Of a DNA stretch of 64,000 nucleotides, positions 29,596 to 47,521 are shown in pieces. Source of the stretch: Amoebidium appalachense. Lineage: Eukaryota > Protista > Ichthyosporea. The position numbers and the translations under genes are program-made. The DNA lies in NCBI GenBank assembly GCA_963693365.1, contig CAVNZM010000003.1:3605106-3669105 (forward strand), read 5' to 3'. How positions within the stretch are numbered: the first letter of the stretch is position 1; each line of letters starts with the position of its first letter. The notes beneath the pieces were generated by a model. That model had not been told where the DNA came from. It made no database searches and saw only the letters and a list, made by a program, of their open reading frames with translations.

Positions 29596-30135
29596 TGTGT
29601 GTGCGTGCGTGCGTGTGTGTGTGTGTGCGTGCGTGTGTGTGTGTGTGTGTGGCGCGAAGCTTGTCCAGGATTTACACACACATAAGATCACCCAAAGTTT
29701 ACCCAGGGCACAGGAGCAGCTACACAAGCACACATCCATGCAAATGAGCACCATACGTATACCATTCCAATAACTCCAATATATACCCACCCCAACATCC
29801 ACATGCACACACGCCACACGCACAATGCACTCACGCACGCACACCAACACGCACGCACACAGGCCAGCACACACACTGAAGTACAAGCACCCACCCACCA
29901 AACCATGCACCTGCCAAACACATTCCCAAGATGCACAGAAAATGCACCAACACACAGACGTGCGAACAACACACACAATAACACAATCACTACAACAACA
30001 ACACCAAACATGGAGTGCACCCACCTGGTACAGAAATTCATCCCTCGACTCGCTGGCCACTATGAACAGGTTCTCGAATATGTGTTCATAGTCTGACTTG
30101 TGCCGGGAATCCCCGTCACGTTTTCGGCTGCACAT
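15178..30135 (-). CDS. DENND1: DENND1/connecdenn-like DENN-domain Rab GEF, ~899 aa (exons 30135-30025, 27652-27497, 26541-26464, 25252-25133, 23761-23537, 22671-22526, 20463-20354, 19528-19338, 18651-18544, 17532-17317, 16416-15178)
   Basis: uDENN FCFPY...[18 protein letters not shown]; c[18 protein letters not shown]...[33 protein letters not shown]; d[13 protein letters not shown]...[11 protein letters not shown]; disordered tail with clathrin box LLDLD and DPF motifs. All introns are GT-AG and in phase, totalling 2700 nt. The true start may lie further upstream. Confidence 0.9.
18212..18462 (-). repeat. degenerate fragments of the same structured element
   Basis: gggggccccatgtcat...ccacagtaccc...ttcgacc at 18221-18270; tgcatcataagtagagcccatcct at 18439-18462. 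Confidence 0.6.
20196..20312. repeat. (AAC)n/(AAT)n trinucleotide microsatellite in a DENN intron
   Basis: Direct reading. Confidence 0.9.
20521..20785 (-). ncRNA. structured intronic repeat element, copy 1 (K-turn + pseudoknot candidate)
   Basis: Aligns to 28963-29223 through shared ataagcagagcccatcctcaggg, gagtttcgacc, caactcaga and cccgtcttgatca. Minus-strand stems covary between the copies; G-U pairs indicate the minus strand. Confidence 0.6.
21420..22505. repeat. intronic minisatellite, 62-bp unit built from three related 20-21-bp subunits, ~17-18 units
   Basis: Unit gcatgtcttcgtgtagtacaa-gcaggtgtccgtgtagcact-gcatgtgtccatgtagtacaa; variants of 67 bp (extra cctgt) and 41 bp (one subunit lost). 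Confidence 0.95.
25623..25747. repeat. (TGAG)n tetranucleotide microsatellite
   Basis: Direct reading. Confidence 0.95.
28963..29223 (-). ncRNA. structured intronic repeat element, copy 2
   Basis: Same architecture as 20521-20785 with compensatory changes in three helices; lies in DENN intron 1, host-sense. Confidence 0.6.
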
Positions 30136-31158
30136 CCTTGCGTCCTTTGGAAAGTTTTCCTTATGTAGAAGGGGGTGTGCGTAGCTTTTGTTAAATAGTG
30201 GTGTTCCTATGGTGTAGATTATCCACCTAGGTCATACATGAGCACCAGAAGTAAGCTCGTTGTGTTTCCAGCTAGCCCTAATAACTATGGATATATATAC
30301 GCATACCTACACATGCGTGCAACCCTGAGAACGTGTTAACGGGTTATACACCAAGGGTTGTATGGAGCCTGAGGCTGCGTAACCATAAAAGCGCATGAAA
30401 GAGAAAAAATAGAGAGAGATGACCAATCTCTACCAGAACAAGCTCCAAAATAAACGACTGCAGGAACAGGCCACTTTTATATCAACGGAAATATTTTATG
30501 CTCAGGTGCTGGCCAATCACAGTGACCGTATCATTTGGTTGCCCAATTGTATTGGACGTCCAGAGGAGTGCAAACATTTTCTTGGTGATTTCGAACAGAC
30601 GGCGTACATGTGTACATGTCGGCATCTCTCAGTCATGTAGATTCATACAAAGGGCGATGCTTTCATACTTTTACGGAGAGCAACGGTCAGCGTGTAAATA
30701 TTTTATGATACTACAGCCTAGCAACATTTCTCATGTTGCATGCCCATTCCAATAAACCTGATGTGTAGTCTTTTACCTGCTGGCCCATGATGCACGGCTT
30801 TGGGCGTGTCGAGGAGTGCTTCACATGCTAGCCATAGGATGCCTAAGCCCATTAGTGGCTGCTAACCTAAACAACCGCCCATGTTCTTTTCGCACAAGCA
30901 AAAATGGATTTTTTAGTATTCCTCCCTCCTACATACCCTGCTGCTCACCAGCGGGAGGAGACACGGGGTGCACTTTCTCAAACATAAACCAATCTACAGG
31001 CTCGAGCGGGCGCCCACACAGACAGCCAGGTACGCAAGGATGCGCATGTGCACGCACACACAAAAACACAAACACAATCACATGTGCGACGAACGCACGC
31101 ACACATGTGCCCGCACACACGCACGCACGCACACACAGAGAGAGAGGTGGGGGGTGGA

Positions 31159-31243
<85 letters not shown>

Positions 31244-31248
31244 AGAGA

Positions 31249-31286
<38 letters not shown>

Positions 31287-32606
31287 TAGAGAGGAAGTTG
31301 TAAGAGAGCTTGGAGAGAGAGAGAGAGAGCTGAGAGAGAGAGGGAGGGAGCATGTACACACGGCAGAGCGCGCGCACAAACACACACACACGCACGCAAG
31401 TACGCACGCACGCACATACACACGCACGCACACACAGGCCCACGTACATGCACATACTATCATACACACACGCACGCATGGGCAGGCACGGACGCACGCC
31501 CTCTTACGAACTTCGTGGCCTGGGCTCCCGTTAGCATAGCAGCCTTCAGAGAGTTCGGCCCTGTGTCACTTCCATCATTCCATGGTCACTTCATGCAAAA
31601 TTGTATTGGTGCATTCTTATCCAATCAATTGTGTTTGAAACTCCAGCTTGTCTGATTGGCTGGACAAGCACCGCGTCACCGATTTTCGCGTCACACGGCG
31701 TGCGTCGGAGGATGAGTGAGGATGCCTTCTCTTTTGTTCGTATGGACCACTTTGGATCTATAATAGGCCGATCTGTGGAATGCGGCTCTGGAGCCATAGG
31801 GCCTTCCCGTGTGCAGACTGCGCAGCCGCGGCGCCATGGTTTTCCGTGCGAAACTTACAACACCTACAAGAACTGAAGCGACTCTATCTAACCTACTTTA
31901 AGCTAGTATAAGCGCACTTTTAGAGTAGTGAGTAATTGTATATGACACAAATAACAACAGTTTAAAATATTGGTTAAACAATCAAAAGCCCCGCACGCAC
32001 ATGCCTGCTCATCAGTAGAGCTGCAGTCTACCTCCGGAGTCTAGATCTGTGGACGTGGTGGTATGGTGTGTGGTTCACGGAACTAAGGTTAGAAGACGCC
32101 GCGACGTGGCCCAGTAGAGTGAAAAAAGAACCTATAAGAGCCAAAGGTTATGCAGAGACCACTTTAACCCGGTCACTGCAACTTTTTTTGTGTCATCGAC
32201 AACAAGCCACTACACCTCAAACCTGTTACCGGAGCTTGTCCCACTGTACGCCCGTTCTAGAAGGTGCAAACAGTGGGGTTTTGGTGCTACCACTCAGAAG
32301 AAGCCAAATAAACATGACTTGGTTGTTCAGGCATAGGCTCAAGTTTGTCCCACCCCCATCATGCTCAACTTATACACTGCCCATAACCACCCACCTGCCC
32401 GCCCCTGACTGCATGGGAAGGCCCGCCCGTACTAGTCCCCCCTCTACACAACTAACTTAGGCAAGAACACCGGGCCGTAAGAAACACACACACACATACA
32501 AACAAAAATACACACAAACACACACACACACACGCACACACGCACACACGCACACACACATGTCGTACACACACACACACACACAGACACACACAGACAC
32601 CAGAGT

Positions 32607-32652
<46 letters not shown>

Positions 32653-32661
32653 ACGAGAGAG

Positions 32662-32710
<49 letters not shown>

Positions 32711-33170
32711 CCGTGACACACACACACACATAAACACACAAATAACTACATGTAAACAAGGCAGCTTGACCTCGCTCACTTCAACACTTCTTACACAGAT
32801 CTGTTACCTTCTCCATATCGACCCCACCTTCCCCAGCCGCCCCACCCAAACCCCACTTTTGCCCGCTAGCCCCCCCCCCCCCCCCCCCCCCCCCCCCTTT
32901 CCGAAGTTCCTTATGCCTTCCTTCCTCCCCCTTCCTCCCTCCCCCACCACCACCTCCCTCCCTAGGCACCTACAAGAGAGGCGGGGCAACAAGGTGCCCC
33001 TGGCGAGGGAGGGAAAGAAGGGGGGGGGGGGGGGGGGGGGGGGGGAGGGGAAGGGTCCCGGGAGGGAAGGCTAGGAAGAGGACCGTGAGAGCATAACAAC
33101 GTACACCTTCACTGACGTCGACATACACTCACACCTGAACGCGTGTGCGTGCGCGTGCGCGCGCGCGCGT

Positions 33171-33210
<40 letters not shown>

Positions 33211-33273
33211 ACATACAGACAAACACGTGACACATACTCTAACAAACACCCGCCCACGGGATTGAAACACACA

Positions 33274-33324
<51 letters not shown>

Positions 33325-33377
33325 ACACAGACAAACACACGACACATACTCTAACAAACACCCACCCACCGGATTGC

Positions 33378-33487
<110 letters not shown>

Positions 33488-33671
33488 ACACACAAATACG
33501 CACACACAAAGAATACACACACAGACGTGTGCATACACACACGTGCACGCAAGGGCACACACACACACACACACAAGCATATACAGACGCCTAAGTGTAC
33601 GCGTGCACAAATACACACGCAAACGTGACACAATCACTCACACACACACAAACATACACACACACACTGCG

Positions 33672-33829
<158 letters not shown>

Positions 33830-35300
33830 ATCTTAATGTCACACACAGTACACACACATGCGCAATACACACACACACTTACCCTGTGTAACGTTATAAC
33901 AAACGACACACTGGCACAGTATATTAACCGGCCTCTTTTGGTGCAGTGGCGGTTTGCAAACACGCACGGTCCGGGTTAGTGCTAGCCCAAGACAACGTAA
34001 CGTTAGATATAATTAGCAGCTTCTGCGCAGATCTTGTGTAGGGAGAGAACAGACGGGTAGATGTACAAAGACTTAGAATAGAAAGAGAGCTGCCGGGTTT
34101 GCATTTCTTTTATCCGTGAGCAAGAGAAAGAAAAACAATACAGTTAAGTAGCAAGCATCTAATTCGACTTGTTTCATGTTAGTGGCAGTACATAGTGGGC
34201 TCGTACCGATACTAGTGCTACCTCTGCACACTGCACTGTGCAACAAAACACGTTGCACTCAAGTGACCTTTGGATGCAAGGGATACTTGACGTGACGATA
34301 TATGCAACAAGTAATTTATTACAAAAAGAACAACAGGGTGTCTGTCAGAGTCTGCTGGTTGCGTTGGACGGTGTGGAAAACAGTCATGATGTGTTTTCGA
34401 CCGAGACGCCTTCCCGTTGTCTGTATGTGTATGGCTGACAGGGCATTCCACAAAAAGGTGGACTGAATGATCACGCTGTACGTGTGTATAATGTTCACAC
34501 GCCATGCCTACTCTACCCCCAGAGAGTGTATTTGGCAGAAACGCACCATGCAGGCAGTAAATGTTCAACACCCGTAGTACTTGTGCATATGTTTAACTAC
34601 GGTGCATGTGTGATGCCCTCATGATCACGAATGGCTAAGAAAAACGCCCAACGCAACAAGCCTGCAAACCCCAAAATAACTAAGACGATAGAAATTATCA
34701 TCTATAATAAAAAGCATCTGTGTAGCATTTTGAGGAAAAAGCAAATATTGTTACGTAAAGGGGTTTGTCTTTGCCAGAAGTAGCTTCTACGTCGGGCAGT
34801 GCCAGGCAGCCCGACAAACGACGGCCCTATGGCGGCCAACCTCGGGTGTTGGAGCGAAGCAAAAAATTGATCGATTTTTGAATAGTAGATCCAAAGTGGT
34901 CCATATTTGTTTAGAATTAACAAAGTCCTAAAAAGAGGCAAGTCATTAAGTACGTCTCATTTCTGTCTTTCATACGCACCCACATAGCGGCATGTGACGC
35001 ATGCTACACCACATAGGCACACTTCCACATTCGACAATGCGGCATACAACAACCACACTCGTTCACTAAGTGACCGATTGAATACTATTGCATTTACCAG
35101 CATGAAACACGAACCCATATGCATGTGTTTATGTACTATAAGGTCTAGGTGTGTATCTAGATACCTCAAATAACTCGACTGAAAGCTCAGGTTGCATAGC
35201 ACGTACGATATACGTAGGGTACCAACATTCAACCCATGTTTTTTTTCAACTTCTGGTGGTATACTAAGTGCACACCTCAGGACCGAAGTCTTTTTGAAGC

Positions 35301-38201
<2,901 letters not shown>

Positions 38202-38666
38202 GGATTGCCAAATATCTTGTACACCGGACTGGGCAGAACGCTTGCTAAATAGACAGCATACTGGCTTCGGAAGTAGATTTGTTTAAAATGTGCACACAGT
38301 ATACGAATGTATTTGTAATATGGTCCAAATTGTAGATCCTTCGTTAGTGTCAGGGCTATTATTTATAAGGGCATTGTCCGTTTTTGTCTCGTATATAAGA
38401 GCACCATATGAAGCTAGCTAGTGATTACTAGTACTAGACCTGTTTTAGGTCTATGATTCGAATATGATAACTGCCATGACATTGCATGACTAGTTTAGAA
38501 CTCACACAAGTTCAACGGAACATAGATAGATCTAGACTAATTCATATCTGGTGAGCATATTTGTACTCCAACAATTGTTTCCGTGGACACAATCCTCTCA
38601 AGACTATATTAGCATTGAGCAAAACTTTTTGCGTCCTCAGTACCTGTTCAATGGACCCCCGGGGGG

Positions 38667-38706
<40 letters not shown>

Positions 38707-38764
38707 GGACTACGATTTATGTATCATCTGCACACTACTATGACATATGATCATATGATCATAT

Positions 38765-38811
<47 letters not shown>

Positions 38812-38934
38812 CCGGCCGAGTGAAATATATATATGTCGGATATTATATATATACACGTGTAGCCGGAGAGAGGCCTACTAGTTTGGTACCTAGATAGAGA
38901 GAGATGGAGGGAAGAAGAGGGAAAGTGGGGGGCC

Positions 38935-38972
<38 letters not shown>

Positions 38973-40382
38973 ATGTTGTCTTTTCATCGAGGGGGAGGGT
39001 GTCATCTTCAACACAAAACAACAGAGGGAGGGAGGAAAATGGAGGGGGGGGGGGGGGGGGGGGGGGGGGAGAGATAGAGAGAGATATCATGATATCTATA
39101 TATATAGAGAGAGTGAGAAGAGAGATTCTGGAGGGACGAGGGAGGGAGAGAGAGCGAGAGAGAAGGGGGGGGGGGGGGGGGGGGAGGGGAGGGGGGGGGG
39201 GGAGAGAGAGAAAGGGGGGGGGGGAGGGGGGGGGGGAGCCCGAAGGAGAAGACGACGACGGAACTGGTCATATGGAGAAAAGATCTACATTAATGGGATA
39301 ACCCAGTGAAAATGGAGTATTCGAACTTGTCTAGAGGGGGGAACGGGGGAAGGGGGGCCGGTGAAGGGGAGGACGGACAAAGATGGGGACTTCGTGCGCC
39401 GCATGTCACCCAGCCAGCGGCGGCCATCAGGCCCAGCGCCAATAGGTTTGCTGTAAAATTCCAGGGATCCAATCAAGCAAAATTGCGAACCTTTGATCTA
39501 AGAAATAATTCAGAATTTCTGAATAATCTACCAATCATTTTATTTCAGGGATGCTTTCTAATCAAATCAATGACGCGCATGTGCCATTTTTCAACTAAAT
39601 TCTAGGCTCTTCAACGGCGCCAAGAAATTGAGTTTTAGCAGCTCTGTTGTAAAATGCCTCCCACCGGCGCTATGTACGTGTGAGCCTGTGACTCCCGAAC
39701 GAGGACATATGCACACATGCAATCCGGCCTTACGCACATCATCATCACACGCGGCACGCGTGCGTGTGGAATCATTGTGACGGCGACCGACGCAGGGTGA
39801 CAAGCGTGTTGTCCACAAATGTGGCATGTCACATATTCACCTACTTGCCTTAGTGCGGTTGTCGCTTTTCAAAAGTAACGAGAAATGCCAGAGTGGCTAA
39901 GTTCTTCTGTACTTCCATTCGGCACCCGTGTTATAGCCGTCACGTGGCATATTCCTATAATATAGATGCATTGCATGGTGACAAGTACGTAAGCTTTTGC
40001 AGGAAGGTGCAAAAACCCTCGAGCCCCTTTAGAGTAACTACATGCAGTAGCGTTACTATTTCTATGAAATGACTAGGTTGAACTTCGTCTTCATAGTATT
40101 TGTGTCCCGGCTGGGGCCACTGCCTTGAACACGTGCACCGGGTAGACTACAACTCAATCAGTCCTAACCAGATTTACTACAGGGGGCATTTCTTACAGCT
40201 GTTTCTGTATCGCGGTGTGGCATTTGTCTATTATAATACATTATGCGGCAGAACTGGAGATTGTACGACTATACTACGGATAGGCAGTGCAGGCATCATT
40301 GCGATCAAACATGTATACATATGTTCTCTCTCGATCGCGCTTCTCAAACGACAACATTCCCGTGTTACTAAGCAATACTCTT

Positions 40383-41373
40383 ATGAACCCAAACACAACC
40401 ATAGACAACAGCGCATCAGTGTGGAACAGAAACAATACCTTTCAGTACCAGGCCCCACGCCTACCCGCATGGCGCTTCCCATTGCCCGTGCTTTGTTTTT
40501 ACCTTCTGAATGCCTGCATAATTTTTTTGCTGATTATTGGTGCGAACATTTTGATTTTAAATTTGAGGCGAAAACTAAACGCCGAGCAGCGAGCAACCGG
40601 TTTTCTTTTCCTAATTCCGTCCTGTGGTGCCCTCATGTCGCATATATATTACGGTGTGTTTTACAACGACGAATGGTACGAAAGGATTCCGGTAAGGCTT
40701 GAAACTCCCCCCCTCCTTCTCCTCCCTTTCCCTCTCTCTCTCCCCCCCCCCCCCCCCCCCCCCCCCCCACCTCCCAATGGTGCGCATGCACGTGCGCGCG
40801 CTCACGTGCATGCACACCAGCACACATATATGCACCCGCACAGGCATGCACACCCGGGCCGCACGTGCCTGTGCATCACACGCAAACACAAACAGTGCTT
40901 GACATTAATTAAACTCGTGTGCGCGCACTCGCACACACGTGCACACATACTTACGCGTGTGCGCGCTCACCCACACACACACGAACGTGCGTGCGCGCCC
41001 GCCGCCTCGCGCATGTACGTACGCACGCGCTCACGCACGCACGCACGCAAGCACGCACGCACGCGCACACACACGCACGCACGCACGCACACCCACACGC
41101 ACGCACGCACGCACACACGCACGCACGCACTTACGCACGCACCTACACTCAGCAGAAGCAAAAAAAAAACCCCCACCACCACCACCACTGATACTCTTAT
41201 ATCGCCCATGTCTGGGTTTGTAAATGGGTTTTTCAACTGTATGATACATATCCGGCTCCCCCCCCCCCCCCCCCCCCTCCCCCCAACCTCCCCCTCTTCC
41301 CTCCACCCCCCTCCCCTCCCAAAAAAAAAAAAAAAAAAAACCCTCCCCCCCTCCCCCCCCCTCCCCTCCCTTA

Positions 41374-41405
<32 letters not shown>

Positions 41406-42263
41406 GGATTGGTGGTGGTTGGGGGGGGGGGGTGCTCTTTGTGTGCGCTGCAATCTGCCTTTCTGTTGTCCGTCATGAATGTGTTCTTCGTACTATGGGG
41501 GGGAAATGCGGGGGGAAGGAGGGGGGGGGGGGGGGGGGGGGAGAAGGCAAAGGAGAGAAGGAAGGGGGGGGGGGGGGGGTTGATATTTAGAACCACATAG
41601 TTTTTATACGGTATCATACGGTATACGTATCATATGAACATCATACACATTTCCTGCAAGCATGACAAAGTTGAACTCACCGGCACACACACTATGGCAT
41701 TATTTCAGATGCAGCCCATGCGTGCAAAAGCATATAGGCACCCAAAGCCCTGCTGGCATGCATATTGGTGGCCCAGGCATATAAGTAGAGGTCTGAGTGT
41801 TCGAATTGTTCCGAAAAAAGGAGATGAGGAAAGGGACACTCAACGCAGAAAACCTGTTGTGTTTTAACACCTGCGCGAACATGTACACCATGAGTGAATG
41901 CACGTACACAATATCATGATATAGATCATATTCCCCGCCTCATCTCTCCTCCCCTCTTTGTGGGTGTGGAGGGGGAAGGGGGGAAGGGGGCAAGGGTGTG
42001 TGGGGTGAGGCGGGGGGAGGGGGGGGGCATCCGAAGCAGTCGCAATATTCATTAACCAACACAACCTGTTTTTTTCCCCACAGTGGATAATCCCCACCCT
42101 TTGCTTCTATCTGGGCCTCCCTCTACGGTGGCTGCCCATCACCGTGTTATATCTCAAGCTGGTTATCTGCTACTACGGATATCCCTCGCTGTGTCCCCTA
42201 AGATGGGTGGATTCCGTCCACGTGCGTGCGGATAACCTCAACATGAGGTAGTTAAACCTCCCT

Positions 42264-42325
<62 letters not shown>

Positions 42326-42481
42326 AGCCCCTTTGGCCCCCATTCACGTGTTAACACCATGACACCCGGGTATAAAAAGCAGAAAATGGATGTTTTGGAT
42401 TCAGCCAAAAGGATTCCGAAATGAAGGATTGAGAATGGGAGAGTGGGAACGGTGGTTGTATTGGCCGGGGAGGGGGGGGAA

Positions 42482-42529
<48 letters not shown>

Positions 42530-44317
42530 GGGGGACCCCGGCAGAGATAATTCTACTCGCGACTTCTCTCTACTCCTACTCCACGTGTAGGGAACATGGT
42601 TGAGATAATTCTAGGTAGTAGTTGTACATGAGAATATTATTTCTTTATCTGATGCAAAGGGAGGGGAACCTTTAATTTTCTTAGTTTTCAAGAGGTACAG
42701 GCCTAGAGAAGGAGTAGAGAGAGACAGGGAACCCCGGCAGAGATAATTCTACTCGCACATTCGCCCTACTCTTACTCTGGGAAGGGGGCGCGGGGGGGGG
42801 GGGGGGGGGGGGGGGGGGGAGAGAAGGAGGGGGGGGGGGGGAGGGGGGGGGATGGGTTCGAAATCTTAAGGTCCCAGACTAATTCAAAAAAAAAAAAAAA
42901 GAAAGAAAAGAAAGAAAAAAAAAGAGAAAAAAAAAAAGAAAGAAAGACAGGGAAATAAAAAGAAAAAAAGAAAGGAAAAGCCGGGTTATGCTGAAATGGT
43001 TTCGGTTGTACCTGGAAAGCCGGCTCTTATGGGTATTTTGTTTGGGATTAAGTCGTCGTAATAGATCGATAAATCCTACATCTCTTTAGAACTTATAATT
43101 AGCAAACCGTGGCCCGCCATTTTTCTTCCCCTTCCCCCCCCCTCCCCCCCCCCTATTTTATTCTAAATTTTGTGCTATCTGTGTTGCAGCTCACTCATTG
43201 CAATCCCATTATTTGCAGGTGGTTTTTCAAGGTCCTCCTCGTCCTGATGTCGCCATACATTGCCCTGTGCTCTTTCGAAATCGCTCTGTTCGCGCGATTG
43301 GGCTATGAGGGATACTGGGACACCATGTACCCGCTATACCTCTACTACGCAAGCGTCGTTCCGGATTTTATCTACCAAATACTCTCGCTGATTATGTGCC
43401 TCGGTCTTTTCTATATGAGAAAAGTGCTCCGGCCTTATCATCTCGATCAGTGGCACGTGCTTCTACCGATGTACATTTCCACAATCGTGATTTATGTTGG
43501 CGTCCTTACGGTCGACCTTGTGATTCGCGCAGACACTCTTGTTGCTGAAGTGTGCGCGTGGGTGGCAGCAATACTATCTGTATTTCTATCATACTATATA
43601 TATTATATTTGGATATCACAACTACGGAGAATAGTCCTCCAAACAAAACAGTCAAAGGGTTCAGGCAAATCCGCTTCGACAGCACCTTCATCCAGATCTT
43701 CGCCATCTTCGACCAATCGCACGGAGTTTGGCGCCGTTTTCACCCAATCACGATCTCCCGTTGCGTCTTTGATGCTTTTCAGCCCCGCGCCAAGTCGCCG
43801 TGCGAGCCGCATCCCAAGCGCCGGTGGGCGGTGCAGCGTAGATTCCATCGCCGAAGACGAGAACCAATCAAAATACATGTTTAATTCTGCGGCGGAATGT
43901 CATTGGTCGCCTTTGGCGTCACCACGGCCCGCACGATCTCCGAATTTAACCAGCATGCACACAATATCAAATCCGGCAAGTCAAGCGGCCAGCCCTCAAC
44001 CTGACCATCGTCAAGAACGTGCGTGGGGTAGTTGTGACTACAGCGCGTTCAATAGACTTACCCGTCTACTTGTTAGCAGCAACAACTTGAAGATGGAAGA
44101 CACTGCGCGCATGTGTCTTAGCGACGGTTTGCCGTCCGATAGGCAGAAGCGGAGTTCCGGAGGGAAAAGTCCCGGCACCAGCCCACAAACCTCACCTGTG
44201 CTGTCAAGAACCGTCGTGGCACCACAGGCAGTTTCGAGGATAAAAGATGTTGCAAGCCACAGAGCACTTTCGGAGATTATTTACGAGGGACGGATCAGTA
44301 GTACTAGCTCACTGTGA
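40383..44317 (+). CDS. orphan seven-transmembrane (GPCR-like) protein B, ~523 aa (exons 40383-40691, 42084-42247, 43219-44317)
   Basis: Same intron positions and the same 164-nt exon 2 length as paralog A; N-terminal NTT/NNT sequons; long Ser/Pro/Arg-rich C-tail; alternative in-frame ATG at 40311. Confidence 0.85.
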
Positions 44318-44605
44318 TGTGTGACTATGCCTCCCTGCCTATCACGAGTGTGTATGTGTAAAACTGCACACGCACACGTCTATCAAGTGACACACACATG
44401 TACACACACACACACACACACACACATGCACACACCTCATTTGTTATCCCTATAATCATAGCTTATTTGAAATGTTAAGTAGGCGCTGCTGAGAGCGAAA
44501 AAGCCTTATTTTTCTTGTGCATATGCTGTTCAACTTGTAGTTCAACACACACACAGACACACAGACACACATGTACACACATGCACACACACGCCACGCA
44601 CAAAC

Positions 44606-44638
<33 letters not shown>

Positions 44639-44659
44639 GACACACACACACGCACTGGC

Positions 44660-44751
<92 letters not shown>

Positions 44752-45723
44752 CATACACACACACACACACATCCTCATACAGTAACCTACAGATTCGATT
44801 GCCTTCCGAGGCTCCAGTTTGGTCCACTTGCTTATCACAAACATCCTAACGTACGCCAGGCTAGTTTCTGTTGGTGAACCGCATTTTTGATTTTTCCTGT
44901 GGACGTTCATTTGTTCCTTTTGTTGCGTTGTTTTATAGCAATATGAAATACCTTTCCACCCCATGTATCTACTGGGTCCCTCTTTTTTATTGAGAAACGT
45001 GCACAGACTGCAACTCGCGATTAGTATCGTCTCAGCTGCAGCCGGGGCCTATCTATATATAGTGTGCTACACGGAGCTTCCTATACTAAACCATATTCAA
45101 TTGGTAATGTAGTATATTCTTCTTGCAAATATATATGTAAGCTACGCAAGTTGTGTAATATATTTACTGAATATTTGTGGTATCCTTTGCCTTATTTTCA
45201 AGTACCCCTGTTACTTTATTATTATTATTATTTTTAATTATATATTTAAAAAAAAACAAAGAGAAATAAAAATCACGTGCGTACATAATGGTGGTCCCTT
45301 CAATCCTTTCGCACATCACAGCCTCTTGCCTAACGTTTCCTTCATCGCTCGAATTGAGGAAAGTGCGGTACATTAGGTGTAGACATGCACTCATATATGA
45401 ATACCGGCATACGGGCATTTGGAAGAATCTTTTGGTGTGCAATCTCTATGTCATCTGTAGTAACAAGGCTCGGTAATATGTAGTAGACGCAGCAGTAAGT
45501 AGTATATACTTATACGGATTTGTGTAGCTGCCCATGTTATTTATCCTATTGAAGCCCTTCAAGGGGTGGATGTCCTCTATGCATGTATGACTCAGCAAGC
45601 TTCAGCGTGTGCAAGCACGCGCACGCACACAAGCACACGCGTGCGTGCGGGCACACGCACACCGACGTACACGCGCCAATACACATACATACAGTGAGAC
45701 ACACACACACACACACACACGCT

Positions 45724-45756
<33 letters not shown>

Positions 45757-45825
45757 ACAGACACACACACAGACACACACACCCCACAGCCCCCCCTCAC
45801 ACACATACACACCGCCCCCCTCTCC

Positions 45826-45910
<85 letters not shown>

Positions 45911-45971
45911 ATGCGCGCACACACACACACCGCAACCCCCCCTCACACACACATACACACCGCCCCCCCCC

Positions 45972-46033
<62 letters not shown>

Positions 46034-46471
46034 AAAAAGAAAAAAAAGGGGAGGAGGGTGGGGGGGGGGGGATGGAGGGGGGGGGGGGGGGGGGGGGCAC
46101 ACATCTTCAAAAATGAATTAATCTTGCTACATGGGGAACAGTCTGCCACACTGTGTTGACAATGTACAAGTTACTATCCGAGTCCGAGCATACCTGACAA
46201 AATGCCCCCCCCCCCCCCTCCCCCCCCCTCCCCCCCCCCCCCCCCCCCCCCCCTTTCCATGCCCGCCCTCCCCCCAACGTTGATCCAGATCTGAGACTGG
46301 TCTTTATTTCCTAATGCTCAGCCGCTCAAGTAAATGGCATACACACCGGTACCTTGAAAAGATTGCGTGCTTTTCCCCCCCTGCCGTGTATAGCTTACGA
46401 AAATTAAAAAAAACAATATGACATACCTTGGGTAGTACGTATATTAGGGGGTGCCGAGGGGGGAGGGGGCG

Positions 46472-46504
<33 letters not shown>

Positions 46505-46715
46505 GTGAGGATGTTTCAAAGTGGAGATACCTTTAAAACCATGGGTGGGGTGTCCGCTGCACAAAAAGAAAAGGGATAAATAAACTCTGAGAGAACTTCG
46601 TGTGTGTTTATGATGATGCGACGTCAACTGTCAAGGAACATAAGTATTTACATGTGGGTGCAGAGTGTAAAGTATGACATTGTGTACATGGAACTGTGCG
46701 TGTGCGCGTGTGCCT

Positions 46716-46772
<57 letters not shown>

Positions 46773-46774
46773 AC

Positions 46775-46876
<102 letters not shown>

Positions 46877-47040
46877 TGTGCCGGTGTGTGTCTGTGTGTG
46901 TGTGTGTGTGTGCTGGATGTGCAAATGTGTGTCAGTGCATGTGCGTGTTTATCAGTTTACGTGTGGGTCTTTGTGTGACCTTGCACGTCAGTGCGTGTGT
47001 GTGTGTGTGTGTGTGTGCGTGTGCGTGCGTGTGCGTGTGT

Positions 47041-47092
<52 letters not shown>

Positions 47093-47521
47093 TTCGTGTT
47101 CGTGTTCGTGTGTTCATGTGTTTTACCATTTGTTTTTTTTTGTTTTTTTTTGTTTTCTTTTGGTGGTGGTGGTGGTGGTGGTGGTGGTGGGGGGGGGGGG
47201 GGGGGGGGGGGGGCAAAGAGCAATATGAGATAGACACTTTGGGACAAAAAAGCTGAAAACGTTGAAAAGTTTAACGGCGGAAGAGATCAAAATTCATGAT
47301 TGAATAGTTCTCTAACGGTGATCATTGATGATTCGTTACAAACACCTCCCGGAAATACTGGCAAATTGGAGGGACGTTTTCTACAGATGATCTTGTACAC
47401 ACATGTGCAGTCAAAGGCAACATACAAAATTTTTTGTAGTGCCGCCTTATTCAGTGTTTTTTCGGTTTTACACTTAATTTTGTTTCTACGACTGTCGGAA
47501 AGCCCAGCCTCACCAACAGAC

